64,000 bases of DNA from Mobula hypostoma (lineage: Eukaryota), in the NCBI RefSeq assembly GCF_963921235.1, contig NC_086108.1:58406001-58470000 (forward strand). The letters are read 5' to 3'. The translations under genes and the position numbers were made by a program. Positions 50,832 to 64,000 of the stretch are shown here, one piece after another. The number at the start of each line of letters is the position of its first letter. Position 1 is the stretch's first letter. Under the pieces are notes generated by a model. The model saw nothing but the letters and a program-made list of their open reading frames with translations. It was not told the DNA's origin and did no database searches.

Positions 50832-52419
50832 TATTTTGTGTAATAAAAGTTCATGGGCCTGAGGTGTGAAAGATGCAGTGTATGCTGTGGATTCTAGATT
50901 TTTACATCATGTTTAACCTACTGGGATTATTCATAATTAAGTAGAAGGTGTAGAGCTTTTTAAATCATTTTGTAACTTTACTCATTCATCGTGTCCCAAA
51001 TTTAAGTTGGTTAAGAGTTGTGTAGAAGTTGTCATTTGTTGCAAAATACTCAATCTGTGGACTGCTTCAAAAGCCACACCTTATGTGTGGTTGGGTCAGC
51101 TGAATTTCTATTGATGATAGTGATACTGAAGATGGGAACTTGGTTGGTAATACCATTGAATGTGGAAGAGGATATATTCTTATTCTTCCCAACTAATTCC
51201 TTGGTATGTTGATCACAAAACTCAAGTTTCCACTCATAGCTTTGTATTATATGGTAAACTGTGCAATCAGGTTAAATACATAACAGATTATGTTACATTC
51301 ACAACTGTTGTATAAAGAGATCATTCTCCACTTAGTAGTTAGCAATTCCAGCAGTTAAAGAGGATTGTTCAAAAAAATCTGAAGTGAATTAAAAAGAGAA
51401 AAAAAGAAATGAATACGCATGCAAATAAAAAGAGAAATGAAGACATGAATATGCATGCAAATAAGGAGCAGGAGTAGGTCACTGGCTTCTCAAATTCAAT
51501 CTGCCATTTATGATGATGGCTGATGTGACTGTGACTCTGATTCAATATTTCTGTTCACGCATGGTAATCTCACGCCCTTTTGTTTATCAGGTGCCCATCT
51601 TCCACTGTCTTAAAAATAACCAAAGACTGCTTCCACCGTGCTTTGAGGAAGTGAGTATCAAAACTCACACATCCTGTGAGTGAAAGAATGCCTCAATCCT
51701 TATATTTTTAAACAATGGCCCTAGTTCTTGACACTTCCACAAGAGGGTGTGTTCTCTCTACATCTACCTTGTTAAGAACTGTAGTATTTTACATAACAAT
51801 TTTTTGAATGACTTGTCCATAACTTATCCTTGCTCACTATCAAAATTACACTGCAGTCCAATTGTTTTTATTCATTTGGGAATTGCTAGTGAGGTTAGCT
51901 TCTATTGTCCTTGCCTACTCCTCATTACCCTTGAGAAGTTATGGTGAACTGTCATCTGCTGAAGCTGCCTTCAATTCTGTTGTATAGGGCATCCAAGATT
52001 TAGACCCTGAAACTGTGTTATATTTCTAAGTCAGGATGGTGTGTTTCTTGCTGGTGGTTTCCCATATGCCTCCTGCTCTTGCCCTGCTTGTAGTAGAGGT
52101 AAATGTCTGGACACTTAATTGCAGTGCGTAAGAAACAATGAATGTTTAGGGTGAACTTTCATAAGTTCAACGAAAATTTATCAAACTACATATATACATA
52201 TTTCTTGTACTACTTATACAATCCTGAGATTCATTTTCTTGTAGGCAATCACAGTAAAAACAAGAAACACAAAAGAATCATTGAAAGACTGCTCCCAACA
52301 GGGCGGACAAGAACCAATGTGCAAAAAAAAAACAACAAACTGCGCAAATACAAAAAGAAAGATTAAAAATAATACATAAATAAGCAATAAATATCAAAAA
52401 CATGAGGTGAAGAGTCCTT

Positions 52420-55300
52420 AGACCATAGACCATAAGACCATAAGATATAGGAGCAGAAGTCAGCAATTCAGCTCATTGAGTCTGCTCCACCATTCAATCA
52501 TGGACTGATCCGCTTCATCCAGTCATCCCCACTCCCCTGCTTCTCCCCATACCCTTTGATAATCTGGCTAATCAAGAACCCATCTATCTCTGCCTTAAAT
52601 ACACCCAATGACTTGGCCTCCACAGTGGCTCGTGGCAACAAATTCTACAGATTTACCACCCTCTGACTAAAGTAATTTCTCCACATCTCAGTTCTAAAAG
52701 GACGTCATTCAATCCTGAAGTTGTGCCCTATTGTCCTAGAATCCCTTACCATGGGAAGTAACCTTGCCATATCTAATCTGTTCAGGCCTTTTAACATTTG
52801 GAATGTTACTATGAGATCCCCCCTCATTCTCCTGAACTCCAGGGAATACAACCCAAGAGCTGCCAGATGTTCCTCATACAGTAACCCTTTCATTCCAGGA
52901 ATCATTCTCGTGAATATTCTCTGAACCCTCTCCAATGTCAGTATATCCTTTCTAAAATAAGGAGCCTAAAACTGCACACAATACTTTGTGTGGTCTCACG
53001 AGTACCTTATAGAGCCTGAACATCACATCCCTGCTCTTATGTTCTATACCTCTGAAATGAATGCCAACATTGCATTCATCATCTTCACAACCGACTCAAC
53101 CTGGATATGAACCTTTAGGGAATCTTGCACAATGACTCCCAAGTCCCTTTGCAATCTCTGCATTTTGAATTCTCTCTCCATCTAAACAATAGTCTGCCCA
53201 TTTATTTCTTCTACCAAAGTGCATGACCATACACTTTCCAACATTGTATTTCATTTGCCACTTCTTTGCCCATTCCCCTAAACTATCTAAGTCTTTCTGT
53301 TTCCTCAACACTACCCGCTCCTCCACCTATCTTTGTATCATCAGCAAATTTAGCCACAGATCCATTAATATCATAGTCCAAATCATCGACATAATCATAA
53401 GAAGCAACGGACCCAACACCAACCCCTTTGGAAATTCACTGGTAACTGGCAGCCAGCCAGAATAGGATCCCTTTTTTCCCCACTCTCTGTTTTCTGCCGA
53501 CCAGTCAATGCTCCACTCATGCTAGTAACATCCCCATAATTCCATGGGCTCTTGTCTTGTTAGCAGCCACATGTGCGGCACCTTGTCAAAGGCTTTCTGA
53601 AAATCCATGTACAGCACGTCTACTACATCTCCTTTGTTTACCCTGCTTGTAATTTCCTCAAAGAATTGCAGTAGGTTTGTCAGGCAGGATTTTCCTCTCA
53701 GGAAAAAATGCTGACTTTGGCCTATCTTGTCATGTGCCTCCAGGTATTCCGTAATCTCATCCCTAACAATCGATTGCAACAACTTCCCAACCACTGATGT
53801 CAGGCTAACAGGCCTAAAGTTTCCTTTCTGCTGCCTCCCACCCTTCTTACACAGGGGAGTAATATTTGCAGTCATCCGGTACAACGCCAGAATCTATCGA
53901 TTCTTTAAAAATCATCGTTAATGTCTCTGCAATCTCTCCAGCTACTTCCTTCAGAGCCCAAGGGTGCAATCTATCAGATCCAGGAGATTTATCCACCATC
54001 AGACCATTAAGCTTCGTGAGCACCTTCTCAGTCGTAATTTTCACTGCACATACTTCACTTCCCTGACACTCTTGAACGTCCGGTATACTGCAGACGTCTT
54101 CCACTATGAAGACTGATGCAAAATACGCATTCAGTTCCTCTACGATCGCTGCGTCTCTCATTACAATATCTCCAGCGTTATTTTGTATTAGTCCTATATC
54201 TACCCTTGACTCTCTTTTACCCTTTATATACTTAAAAAAGCCTTTAGTATCTTCTTTGACATTAGTCACCAGCTTCCTCTCATAATTCATCTTTGCCTTC
54301 CGAATGACCTTCTTCATTTCCTTCTGCAAGTTTTTAAAAGCTCCCCAATCCTCTATCTTCCCACTAGCTCTGGCTTCCTTGTATGCCCTCTCTTTTGATT
54401 TTACTTTGGCTCTGACTTCACTTGTCAGCCACTGTAGTGTCCTTCTTCCCTTTGAAAATTTCTTCTTATTTGGAATATATCAGTCTTGCGCTTCCCTCAT
54501 TTTTTGCAGAAACTCCAGCCATTGCTGCTCTGCTGTCTTTCCTGCAAATGTCCCTTTCCAGTCAACTTCGGCCAGTTCCCCTCTCATGCCATTGTAATTT
54601 GCTTTATTCCACTGAAATACCGACACACTGGATTTTATTTTTTACCTCTCAAATTTTAATGTGAACTTGATCATATTGTGATCACTGTTCCCTAAGGGTT
54701 TCTTAACCTTAAGCTGTCTTATCACCTCTGGATCATTGCACAACACCCAATCGATCCCCTAGAGCAATGATCCCCAATCACTGGGCCACGGACCGGTACA
54801 GGGCCGCAAAGATGTGCTACCGGGCCACGAGGAAATGATATGATTTGGTGATATAAAACGATATGAGTCAGCTGCACCTTTCCTTATTCACTGTCAGGCA
54901 CTATTGAACTTGAACACCTCCACCCCCCCCCCCAACGTCGGCCGGTCTGCAGGAATATCGTGAATATCAAACCGGTCCGCGGTGCAAAAAAGTTGGGGCC
55001 CCCTGCCCTAGAAGGCTCAACAACAAGCTGTTCTAAAAGGCCATTCATTATACATTCTACAAGTTCTCTCTCTTGAGGTCCAGTACTGACCTGGTTTTCC
55101 CAATCCACTTTCATGTTAAAATCCCCAACAATTATCATGACATTGCCTTTCTGACACGCCTTTTCAATCTCCTGCTGTAATTTGAAATTCACATCCCAGC
55201 TGCTGTTTGGAGGCCTGTACTGCCATTAGGGTCCCTTTATCCTTGCCATTTCTTAACTCAACCCATAGAGACTCTACACCTTCCAATCCTATGTCACCTC
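52420..55300 (-). mobile_element. CR1 LINE ORF2 (endonuclease + RT), decayed
   Basis: MIIVGDFNMKVDW, KSPGSD and [13 protein letters not shown]; (TCTTATGG)n tail. Confidence 0.92.
54765..55005. mobile_element. hAT (Charlie-like) MITE
   Basis: TIRs CAATGATCCCCAA / TTGGGGCCCCCTG; 8-bp TSD ccctagag (54757-54764) / ccctagaa (55006-55013). Confidence 0.8.
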
Positions 55301-55683
55301 TTGAAGGTGAGTTTATAGGTTGCAGGAAGAGTTCAGTGCTAGGGCAAGTGAAGTTATTCCCTCTGGTTCAAGAGCCTGATGGTTGAGGAGTAATAACTCT
55401 TGCAGAACCTGGTGGCACAGGTCTGGAGGCTCCTATAGCAGCAGAGAGAAGAAAGCATGGCCAGGATGCTGGGGTGGGGGGGGGGGTGGGCTGATGATTT
55501 CATTGATGGATGCTGTTTTCCTGTGAAAGCACTACCTGTAGATGTGCTCAGTGGTAGGGAGAGCTCAACCTGTAATGGACCAGACCATTTCCACCACTTT
55601 TTATGGACTTTTACATTCGAGGGCATTAGTGTTTCCATGCCAGGCCATGATGCAACCAGTTAATATACTCTCCACCATGCACA

Positions 55684-58600
55684 CTGGGAATAAAGGGAGC
55701 CTGCCCTGGTTGGCTGCTGGTGACTAGTGGTGTTATACAGAGGACTGTGTTGGGACTGCATTATGTATCAATGATTTGAATGATGGAATTGATGGCTTTG
55801 TTGCAAAGTTTGCAGACGATATGAAGATAGGTGGAGGGCCAGGTAGTATTGAGGAAATAAAGAGGCTGCAGAAAGACTTAGATAGGGCAAAGAAATGGCA
55901 GATGGAATACAGGGTTGGGAAGTATATGGTCATGCATAGAAACATAGAAACATAGAAAATAGGTGCAGGAGTAGCCATTCGGCCCTTTGAGCCTGCACCA
56001 CCATTCAGTATGATCATGGCTGATCATCCAACTCAGAACCCTGTACCTGCCTTCTCTCCATACCCCCGATCCCTTTAGCCACAGGGGTCATATCTAACTC
56101 CCTCTTAAATATAGCCAATGATCTGACCTCAACTGTTTCCTGTGGCAGAGAATTCCACAGATTCACCACTCTCTGCATGAAGAAGTTTTTCCTCATCTCG
56201 GTCCTAAAAGGCTTCCCCTTTATCCTCAAACTGTGACCCCTCGTTCTGGACTTCCCCAACATCGGGAACAATCTTCCTACATCTAACCTGTCCAATCCCT
56301 TTAGCATTTTATACGTTTCAATAAGATCCCCTCTCAATCTTCTAAATTCCAGAGAGTATAAGCCTAGTTGATCCAGTCTTTCATCACATGAAAGTCCTGC
56401 CATCCCAGGAATCAATCTGGTGAACCTTCTTTGTACTCCCTCTATGGCAAGAATGTCTTTCCTCAGATTAGGGGACCAAAACTGCACACAATACTCCAGG
56501 TGTGGTCTCACCAAGGCCTTGTACAACTGCAGTAGTACCTCCCTGCTCCTGTACTCGAATCCTTTTGCTATAAATGCCAGCATACCATTCGACTTTTTCA
56601 CCGCCTGCTGTACCTGCATGCCCACTTTCATTGACTGGTGTATAATGACACCCAGGTCTCGTTGCACCTCCCCTTTTCCTAATTGGCCACCATTCAGATA
56701 ATAATCTGTTTTCCTGTTCTTGCCACCAAAGTGGATAACTTCACATTTATCCACATTAAATTGCATCTGCCATGAATTTGCCCACTCACCTAATCTATCC
56801 AAGTCACCCTGCATCCTCTTAGCATCCTCCTCACAGCTAACACTGCCGCCCAGCTTTGTGTCATCCGCATACTTGGAGATGCTGCATTTAATTCCCTCGT
56901 CTAAGTCATTAATATATATTGTAAACAACTGGGGTCCCAGCACTGAGCCTTGCGGTACCCCACTAGTCACTGCCTGCCATTCTGAAAAGGTCCCGTTTAT
57001 TCCCACTCTTTGCTTCCTGTCTGCCAACCAATTCTCTGTCCACATCAATACCATACCCCCAATATTGTGTGCTTTAAGTTTGCGCACTAATCTCCTGCGT
57101 GGGACCTTGTCAAAAGCCTTTTGAAAATCCAAATATACCACATCCACTGGCTCTCCCCTATCCACTCTACTAGTTACATCCTCAAAAAAATTCTATGAGG
57201 TTCGTCAGACATGATTTTCCTTTCACAAATCCATGCTGACTTTGTCTGATGATTTCACCACTTTCCAAATGTTCTGTTATCACATCTTTGATAACTGACT
57301 CTAGCATTTTCCCCACCACCGATGTCAGGCTTACCGGTCTATAATTCCCCGGTTTCTCTCTTCCTCCTTTTTTAAAAAGCGGGGGTACATTAGCCACCCT
57401 CCAATCCTCAGGAGCTAATCCAGGATCTAAAGAGTTTTGAAAAATTATCACTAATGCATCCACTATTTCTTGGGCTACTTCCTTAAGCACTCTGGGATGC
57501 TGACCATCTGGCCCTGGGGATTTATCTGCCTTTAATCCCTTCAATTTACCTAACACCACTTCCCTACTAACATCTATTTCCCTCAGTTCTTACATCTCAC
57601 TAGACCCTCGGTCCCCTAGTATTTCTGGAAGATTATTTATGTCCTCCTTAGTGAAGACAGAACCAAAGTAGTTATTCAATTGGTCTGCCATGTCCTTGTT
57701 CCCCATGATCAATTCACCTGTTTCTGACTGTAAGAGACCTACATTTGTCTTAACCAATCTTTTTCTTTTCACATATCTATAAAAGCTTTTACAGTCTGTT
57801 TTTATGTTCCCTGCCAGCTTTCTCTCATAATCTTTTTTCCCTTTCCTAATCAAGTCCTTTGTCCTCCTCTTCTGGACTCTGAATTTCTCCCAGTCCTCAG
57901 GTGTGCCGCTTTTTCGGGCTAATTTGTATGTTTCTTCTTTGGAATTGATACTATCCCTAATTTCCCTTGTCAGCCACGGGTGCACTACCTTCCCTGGTTT
58001 ATTCTTTTGCCAAACTGGGATGGACAATTGTTGTAGTTCATCCGTGCACTTTGGTAGAAGAAAATTAAATGGCTAACTCTTCCTAAAAGGAGAGGAAATG
58101 AGGCACAAAGGGACTTGGGAGTCCTTGTGCAGCATTCCCTAAAGGTTAATTTGCAGGTTGAGTCTGTGGTGGGGAAGGCAAATGCGATATTAGCATTCAT
58201 TTCAAGAGGACTAGAATATAAAAGCAAGGATGTAATGTTGAGACTTTATAAAGCACTGGTGAGGCCTCACTAGCGGTATCGTGAGCAGTTTTGGGCCCCT
58301 TATCTTAGAAAGGATGTGCTGAAATTGGAGAGGGTTCAAAGGAGTTTCAAAAAAACGATTCCAGAATTGAATGGCTTGTCACATGAAAAGCGTTTGATGG
58401 CTCTGGACCTGTATTCTCTAGAATTCAGAGGAATGAGGGGTGACCTAATTGAAACTATTGAATGGTGAAAGGCCTTGATAAATTAGATGTGGAGAGGATG
58501 TTTCCTATGATGGGAGAGTCTAAGACCAGAAGACATAGCCTCTGTATAGAGGTGTGTCCTTTTAGAACAGAGATGAAGAGGAATTTCTTTAGCCAGAAAG

Positions 58601-58810
58601 TGGTGAATCTGTGCCACAGGCAGCCGTGGAGGCCATGTCTTTATATATATTTAAGGCAAAGGTTGATAGATTGTTGATTGGACAGTGCATGAAGGGATAT
58701 AGGGAGAAGGCAGGAGATTGGGGCTGAGAGGAAAAGTGGATCAGCAATGATGAAATGGCAGAGCAGACTCGATGGGCCAAATAACCTAATTCTGCTCATA
58801 TATCTTATGG
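55684..58810 (+). mobile_element. CR1 LINE 3' part, split by a nested CR1
   Basis: ...TATATGGTCATGCA|CTTTGGTAGAAG continuity across 55937-58042. Confidence 0.85.
55937..58042 (-). mobile_element. Young CR1 LINE, 5'-truncated, 383-aa open RT segment
   Basis: [22 protein letters not shown] and YADD; (TTTCTATG)n tail; catgca/cgtgca flanks. Confidence 0.95.
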
Positions 58811-59013
58811 TCTATAGAAGTTTGTCAAAGTTTTAGATGTCATGCTGAATCGTTGCAAACTTCAAAGAAAGTCAAGGTGCTGCCATGCTTACTTCGTAAT
58901 AGCACTTACATGCTGGAGCCGGGACAGATCCTCTGAAATGATAACATAAAGGAATTTAAAGTTGCTGACCCTCTCTACCTTTGATTCCTCCAGTGAGGAC
59001 TTGCTCATGGACC

Positions 59014-59252
59014 AACACACATCAAAGTTGCTGGTGAACGCAGCAGGCCAAGCAGCATCTATAGGAAGAGGCGCAGTCGACGTTTCAGGCCGAGACCCTT
59101 CGTCAGGACCCTAGTTACGTTAGTCCTGACGAAGGGTCTCGGCCTGAAACGTCGACTGCGCCTCTTCCTATAGATGCTGCTTGGCCTGCTGCGTTCACCA
59201 GCAACTTTGATGTGTGTTGCTTGAATTTCCAGCATCTGCAGAATTCCTGTTG
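59014..59252. mobile_element. Perfect palindromic Penelope pLTR-derived element with two divergent hammerheads
   Basis: 97-bp perfect inverted arms (59013-59109 and 59123-59219) with a 13-nt spacer and pLTR tail; 14-bp TSD cttgctcatggacc (59000-59013 and 59253-59266). Confidence 0.9.
59122..59157 (+). ncRNA. Minimal hammerhead ribozyme (mirror copy on the minus strand at ~59075-59109)
   Basis: AGTC CTGACGA (59126-59132) AGGGTCTCGGCCT GAAA (59146-59149) C GTC GACT, identical to the copies at 6498 and 6808. Confidence 0.75.
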
Positions 59253-61319
59253 CTTGCTCATGGACCTCTGGTTTCCTCCTCCTGAAGTCAATAATCATCT
59301 CCTTCGTTTCCTTGGACACCACGCTGACAGATTTTCGATCTTCTTTCTATATGCTGATTCATCACCATCTTTGATTTGGGCAACAACAGCGGTGTTACCA
59401 GCAAACTTAAGTATGGCTTTGGAGCTGTGCTTAGCCTCACAGTCATAAGTATAACATGAGTAGAGCAGGGGGCTAAGCACATAGCCTTATGGTGCTTCTG
59501 TAGTGATGGTGATTGTGGAGGAGAGGCTGTTGCCAATCTGAACTGACTGGAGTCTGCAAGTGAGAAAATCAAGGATCCAGTTGCACGGGAGGTATTGAGG
59601 CTAAGAACTTGGAGTTTATTGATTAGGTTTGAGGGGATGATAGTATTGAGTGTCAAACTGTTGTCAATGAATAGTATGCTGGTGTATGTACCTTTGCTGT
59701 TCAGATGTTCCACGATTGAGTGAAGAGCTAATGAAATGGCATCTGCTGTTGAACTGTTGTTCTGATTGGCAAATTGGAGTGAATCCAAGTCACTTCTCAG
59801 GCAGGAGTAGGTAAGTTTTATCAAAGCAGATGTAAGTGCTACTGGACAATAGTCATTGAGGCAGATTACTATGTTCTACTTAGGCACCAGTATAATTGAA
59901 GCCTGCATGAAGCAAGTGGGTACCTCAGACTGCCAAAGCTAGAAATTAAAGATATCAGTGAACACTCCAGCCAACTTATAAGCACAGGTCTTTAGTACTC
60001 GACCAGAAACCCATCTGGGCTGGATGCTTACTGTGGGTTCATCATCCTGAATGGTATTCTCACGTCAGCCTCACAGGGTCTTCTGAAGCTGTGGGAGTTC
60101 ATGAAAGTGCCTCCATGTTTTGATGGTCAAAGTGAACATAAAAAGACATTGAGCTTACCTAGGAGCGAAGCCTTGTTGTCTGTCACCTGTCACTTGGTTT
60201 CACTTTGTAGGAGGTGATAGCAGTTAAGCCCTACCATAGCTGTTGGGCATCCTTCAGTGATCAAGTTTGGTCCAGAATTGCCGTTTCACACGTGAGATGA
60301 CTTTCCAGAGATTGTACTTGGACCTCTTGTATTTGACTTGGTTGCCAACCCGAATGCCACTGGTCTGGCCGTCAGCATATTGCAGATTTCATGGTTTATC
60401 CAGGGCTTCAGGTTAGGGAAGACACTGAATAATTCTGTGGGGCACACTCATCTATGACTTTCTCACTATAGAAATACTTTGTTTCCAATCCCAGTCTTTT
60501 TACTCTGTTACCAGTTTATATAGATGTTCTCGTGTCAAGGTGGCATTGCTACTCTTCACATGGTTCTAACTTTAGTCTCTGTCCACACACTGCCGTTTCA
60601 GGCAGTATCAGACCAAAAACAATTGGGTATCATTACCATAATGGACACTAGAGGTCAGTGCTGTCATTATTTTCCCTTTTCCTGATTCTACTTAGCTATT
60701 GTATGCTCCATTAAATATGTTTTTATTGTCTTTTACAACTAGGATACCTGCTTACCTTCTGCACAGTTATTGACATACTGGCAAGGTGATAAAGGTGATA
60801 GATCTTCCATGAATGAAAATTTGTTCTCACATCACTTGATGGAGATGAGATTTTTAATTATTGTGAGGTCATAAATATCAGAGTATGAAAACTGACCTGT
60901 AGGCCCACTGAGTTCGCACTAACTATCAAACACCCATTATAGTAATCTTATTCTAACCTCAATGTTATTGTCTCTGCAAGAACTAGCTTAATGACAATGC
61001 TACCTTGTTTGTGCCCAGCAGACTTCAATACAGATCAAGGTTTATCCAAAAGGACTGCTTACCACAGGAGAACAGAACATAGAAGAACTTACAGTCATAA
61101 TGGCATCAACAAACAATGATTCCTCGGGTGACATCTCCCAGATAGCCAACCTCTTCAATTATTTGACTTTATTTATGTCTTCTGCTTGTGCTTTTTGTCC
61201 TGATCATGTTAGGGAAACTGTTGGAGCCTGTGAAAGTGCAGTTCGGAATTCAATTGAATGATGTCAAGTAGTCAATCTCTGAAAAGCATTGATAAATGCT
61301 GAGTTCACCCATCTTGTAA

Positions 61320-61440
61320 AAAAACTGCCCAGAAGAAGGCAATGGCAAACCACAGCTGTAGAAAAAATTTGCCAAGAACAATCATGGTTGTGGAAAGACC
61401 ACAATCACCCACATCATATGACAGCACATATGAATGAATT
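61320..61440 (+). mobile_element. RTE-type 3' tail fragment
   Basis: GAAGGCAATGGCAAACCAC...TTTGCCAAGAA, resembling RTE/BovB-type SINE tails; TGAA repeat at the end. Confidence 0.5.
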
Positions 61441-61699
61441 AAGCTGAAGGAATCCTTAGGAGACAGTGATCATATTATCATAGAATTAACCCTGCAATTT
61501 GAGAGAGAGAAGCTAATGTCAGATGTATCAATATTACAGTGGAGTAAAAGGAATTACAAAGGAATGAGAGAGGAGCTGGCTGAAGTTGAATGGAAAGTGG
61601 CACTAGCAGGGATGATGGCAGAGCAGCAATGGCTGGAGTTTCTGGGGGCAATTTGGAAGATGCAGGATAGATACATCCCAAAGAAGAAGAAGAAGTATC

Positions 61700-62505
61700 C
61701 TTTCTTTCTTTTTAAATGTTTTCATTAATTTTCAAAATTATAAACAAAAGAACAATATTGATATAAAGAGATTGGAGCAATCTTGTTATTAATGAACATA
61801 TGCAAAAAAAAAAGATTTCAAATAACATAGGTATAGTAGACTTCCAAACTCATGATAAAATTAATTATTAAAAAGAAAAAAATATATATACAAAGAAACC
61901 GCTCCCCCGCAAAAAAAAAGGAAAAAAAACTAAATACTAAAGCCAAAAAAAGCAAACGAAACAAAACAGGGCTAGAGCAATATCTTAAATCGAACATGTT
62001 CAATAATGTCGTCAACTCCGCTCCTCTATTCCTATGTTTTAAGCTAATAAAGAAGATTCGGAAAGGTCAAATTACATCATATGAAAATGTTGCATAAAAG
62101 CTTTCCAAGTTTCTTCAAATTTAACTGAAGGGTCAGAAATATCACTTCTAATTTTTTCTAAATTTAAACTCAATATAGTTTGGGAAAGCCATTGGAATGT
62201 AGTAGGAGGATTGGTCTCCTTCCAGTTCAATAAAATAGATCTTCTGGCCATTAAAATAACAAAAGCTATCATCCGACAGGCTGAAGATGACAAAGATCTA
62301 TGTTCTACCACTGGCAATCCAAAAATTGCTGTAATAGGATGGGGTTGTAAATCCAAGCAAAGAACTGTTGAGATAACATAAAAAATCTTTCCAATATTTT
62401 TCCAAAAGAGGACAGGACCAAAACATATGAGTTAAAGAAGCTTCCTCAGAGTGACTTCTGTCACAAATAGGGTTTGTATGGGAATAAAAACAGGCTAATT
62501 TATCT
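61700..62505 (-). mobile_element. L1-clade LINE 3' end
   Basis: Minus strand ICDRSHSEEASLTHMFWSCPLL (degenerate zinc motif) and AIFGLP...MARRSILLNWK..PPT..QW, followed by a T-rich UTR and A-rich tail. Confidence 0.75.
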
Positions 62506-62579
62506 TTTTTTTTTAATTAGTACTTCTTCTATATGTGCTAAACATACATTAATACAATTTAAAGTAGTGCACAGAGCCC

Positions 62580-63300
62580 ATATGTCTAAATGGATTTCAG
62601 ACGACCTTTGACAAGGTGCTAAACGTGAGGCTGCTTAGCAAGATAGAGCCCATGGTATGATAGGAAAGATACTAGCATGGATAGAGCATTGGCTGATTGG
62701 CATGAGTGGGAATAAAGGGAGACATTCTGATAGGCTGCCGGTGACTACTGGTGTTCTCCGGTGGTCGGTGTTGTGACTGCTTTTTTTTTTACATTGTATG
62801 TCAATGATTTGTATGATGGAAATGAGTGCCAGTTTTCAGATTATATGAAGGTAGGTGGAGGGACACGTAGTGTTGAGGAAGCAGGGAGGCTGCAGAAGGA
62901 CTTAGACAGATTAGGAGAATGGGCAAAGAAGTGACAGATGGAATACAGTGTCAGGAGATTAACTTTGGTATAAGGAAAAATGTGTAGTCCATTTTCTAGG
63001 TGGGGAGAAAATTTAAAAGTCCATGTGCAAAGGGACTTGGGAGTGCCCGTGCAGAATTCACTAAAGGTTAACTTTCAGGTTGAGTTGGTGATGAAGAAGG
63101 CAAATGCAATGTTAGCATTCATTTTGGGACTCCGAGAATATAAAAACAAGGATTTAATGCTGAATTTTTATATACCATAATCATATCCCCTCTTGACCTT
63201 CTCCACTCTTGGGAAAACAGACTTAGCCTCTCCAATCTCTCCTCATAACTGAATTGCTCTATCCCGGGCAACATCCTGGTAATTTTCCTCTGCCCCCATT
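62580..63300 (+). mobile_element. CR1 fragments (last ~130 bp inverted)
   Basis: MDFRRPLTRC and VQRDLGVPVQNSLKVNFQV on the plus strand; minus-strand RMLPGIEQFSYEERLERL. Confidence 0.75.
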
Positions 63301-64000
63301 TTGGAGCTATCAATCACTGGCCCTCATGCCTCAAGCTGCCACAGCCCTCTGACCCCAGGACTCACCAACTTGTGGAGACTTGCCAACCTGTTTGGGTGGT
63401 GGGGGAGGGTTTGTCACTAGCCCATGTTAATAGGGCCTGCTGAACATGGTCATTATTCATGGACATCACTGGTCGTCTTCCTCAGCACCTGCCAACCGGA
63501 CCCCTGGGATTGCTGGCCTTCAAACATAAAGTGCTCCAACATGGGCTCTGACTACCAGCTCCTTCTGCAACTCTTCATTAAACTCCCCTCATCTGTATCC
63601 CTAAACCCCAAAATGAGCTCTACCATCCCTATGAACCTAACCAAAAAATTAAGTTTGAGGCACAACCTTGATGAACATCACATTTTGGTGCCATCTTGAC
63701 CAGAAGGAAATGAGAATACAAGGTTTTGGTCTGAATAATGATTTTCTTTTCTTTTATGAAGCCAAATCTGTATAATCCTTTATTCAGTCTACTATGGTCT
63801 TGAGATATTGGTAGTATGGTGGACTAACTTAAAATGAAAGTGCTGTGCTATCTGCTTGGGAAGGAACAAGTACCTTTACATTATACATGCCAAACGTTAT
63901 AAGGGAATGATATTCCTATTCAAGAGTTCGCAATTTGTGAATAAATTTGTAAGTCAATTTCAATATACATGACTTGTATGAAATCACAGAATATACAGAA

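Larger units (their letters stand above)
52160..60460 (-). mobile_element. Rex1/Babar LINE in three pieces (~52160-52418, ~55301-55683, ~58811-60460) hosting nested insertions
   Basis: Rex sequence is collinear across the gaps; SLQFANQNNSSTADAISLALHSIVEHL motif. Confidence 0.75.

Noticed and set aside
56014..57165. 383-aa ORF as a host gene or active retrotransposon
   Set aside because: It is the RT C-terminal part of a 5'-truncated CR1; upstream segments lie in separate ORFs and the endonuclease is missing.
61800..61970. Lys-rich ORF and A-rich tract
   Set aside because: It is the complement of the T-rich 3' UTR of the L1 fragment.
30000..64000. Neighbouring gene such as CTH, expected from recalled vertebrate synteny
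   Set aside because: I found no recognisable coding exon in the non-repeat stretches; small exons could have been missed by eye.

Overview
Eukaryotic, repeat-dominated genomic DNA. The repeat families suggest a cartilaginous fish, probably a ray (inference). The only host gene I can support is the 5' part of ANKRD13C on the minus strand: coding exon 1 (28935-29223), exon 2 (21028-21069) and exon 3 (1340-1444), with canonical GT-AG junctions in phase and a CpG-rich promoter/leader at about 28940-29730. Most of the rest is transposon-derived: many CR1 and Rex1/Babar LINE fragments (often nested), a decayed full-length Gypsy LTR element (35623-41974), an L1 3' end, Tc1, pogo and hAT MITEs, and tRNA-derived SINEs. 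Almost all ORFs in the supplied track are TE fragments. The most interesting signal is RNA-structural. A family of short Penelope-derived elements carries a minimal hammerhead ribozyme (AGTC-CTGACGA-stem II-GAAA-C-GTC-GACT), inserted with 12-14 bp TSDs in three geometries: a 310-nt tandem, retrozyme-like dimer (6481-6940), palindromes (59014-59252, 21505-21740) and a single arm (4294-4389). Separately, an RTE-type short element (about 5130-5625) has an HDV-like ribozyme fold at its 5' end. TE boundaries without a stated TSD are approximate, and family names come from motif recognition, not database searches.
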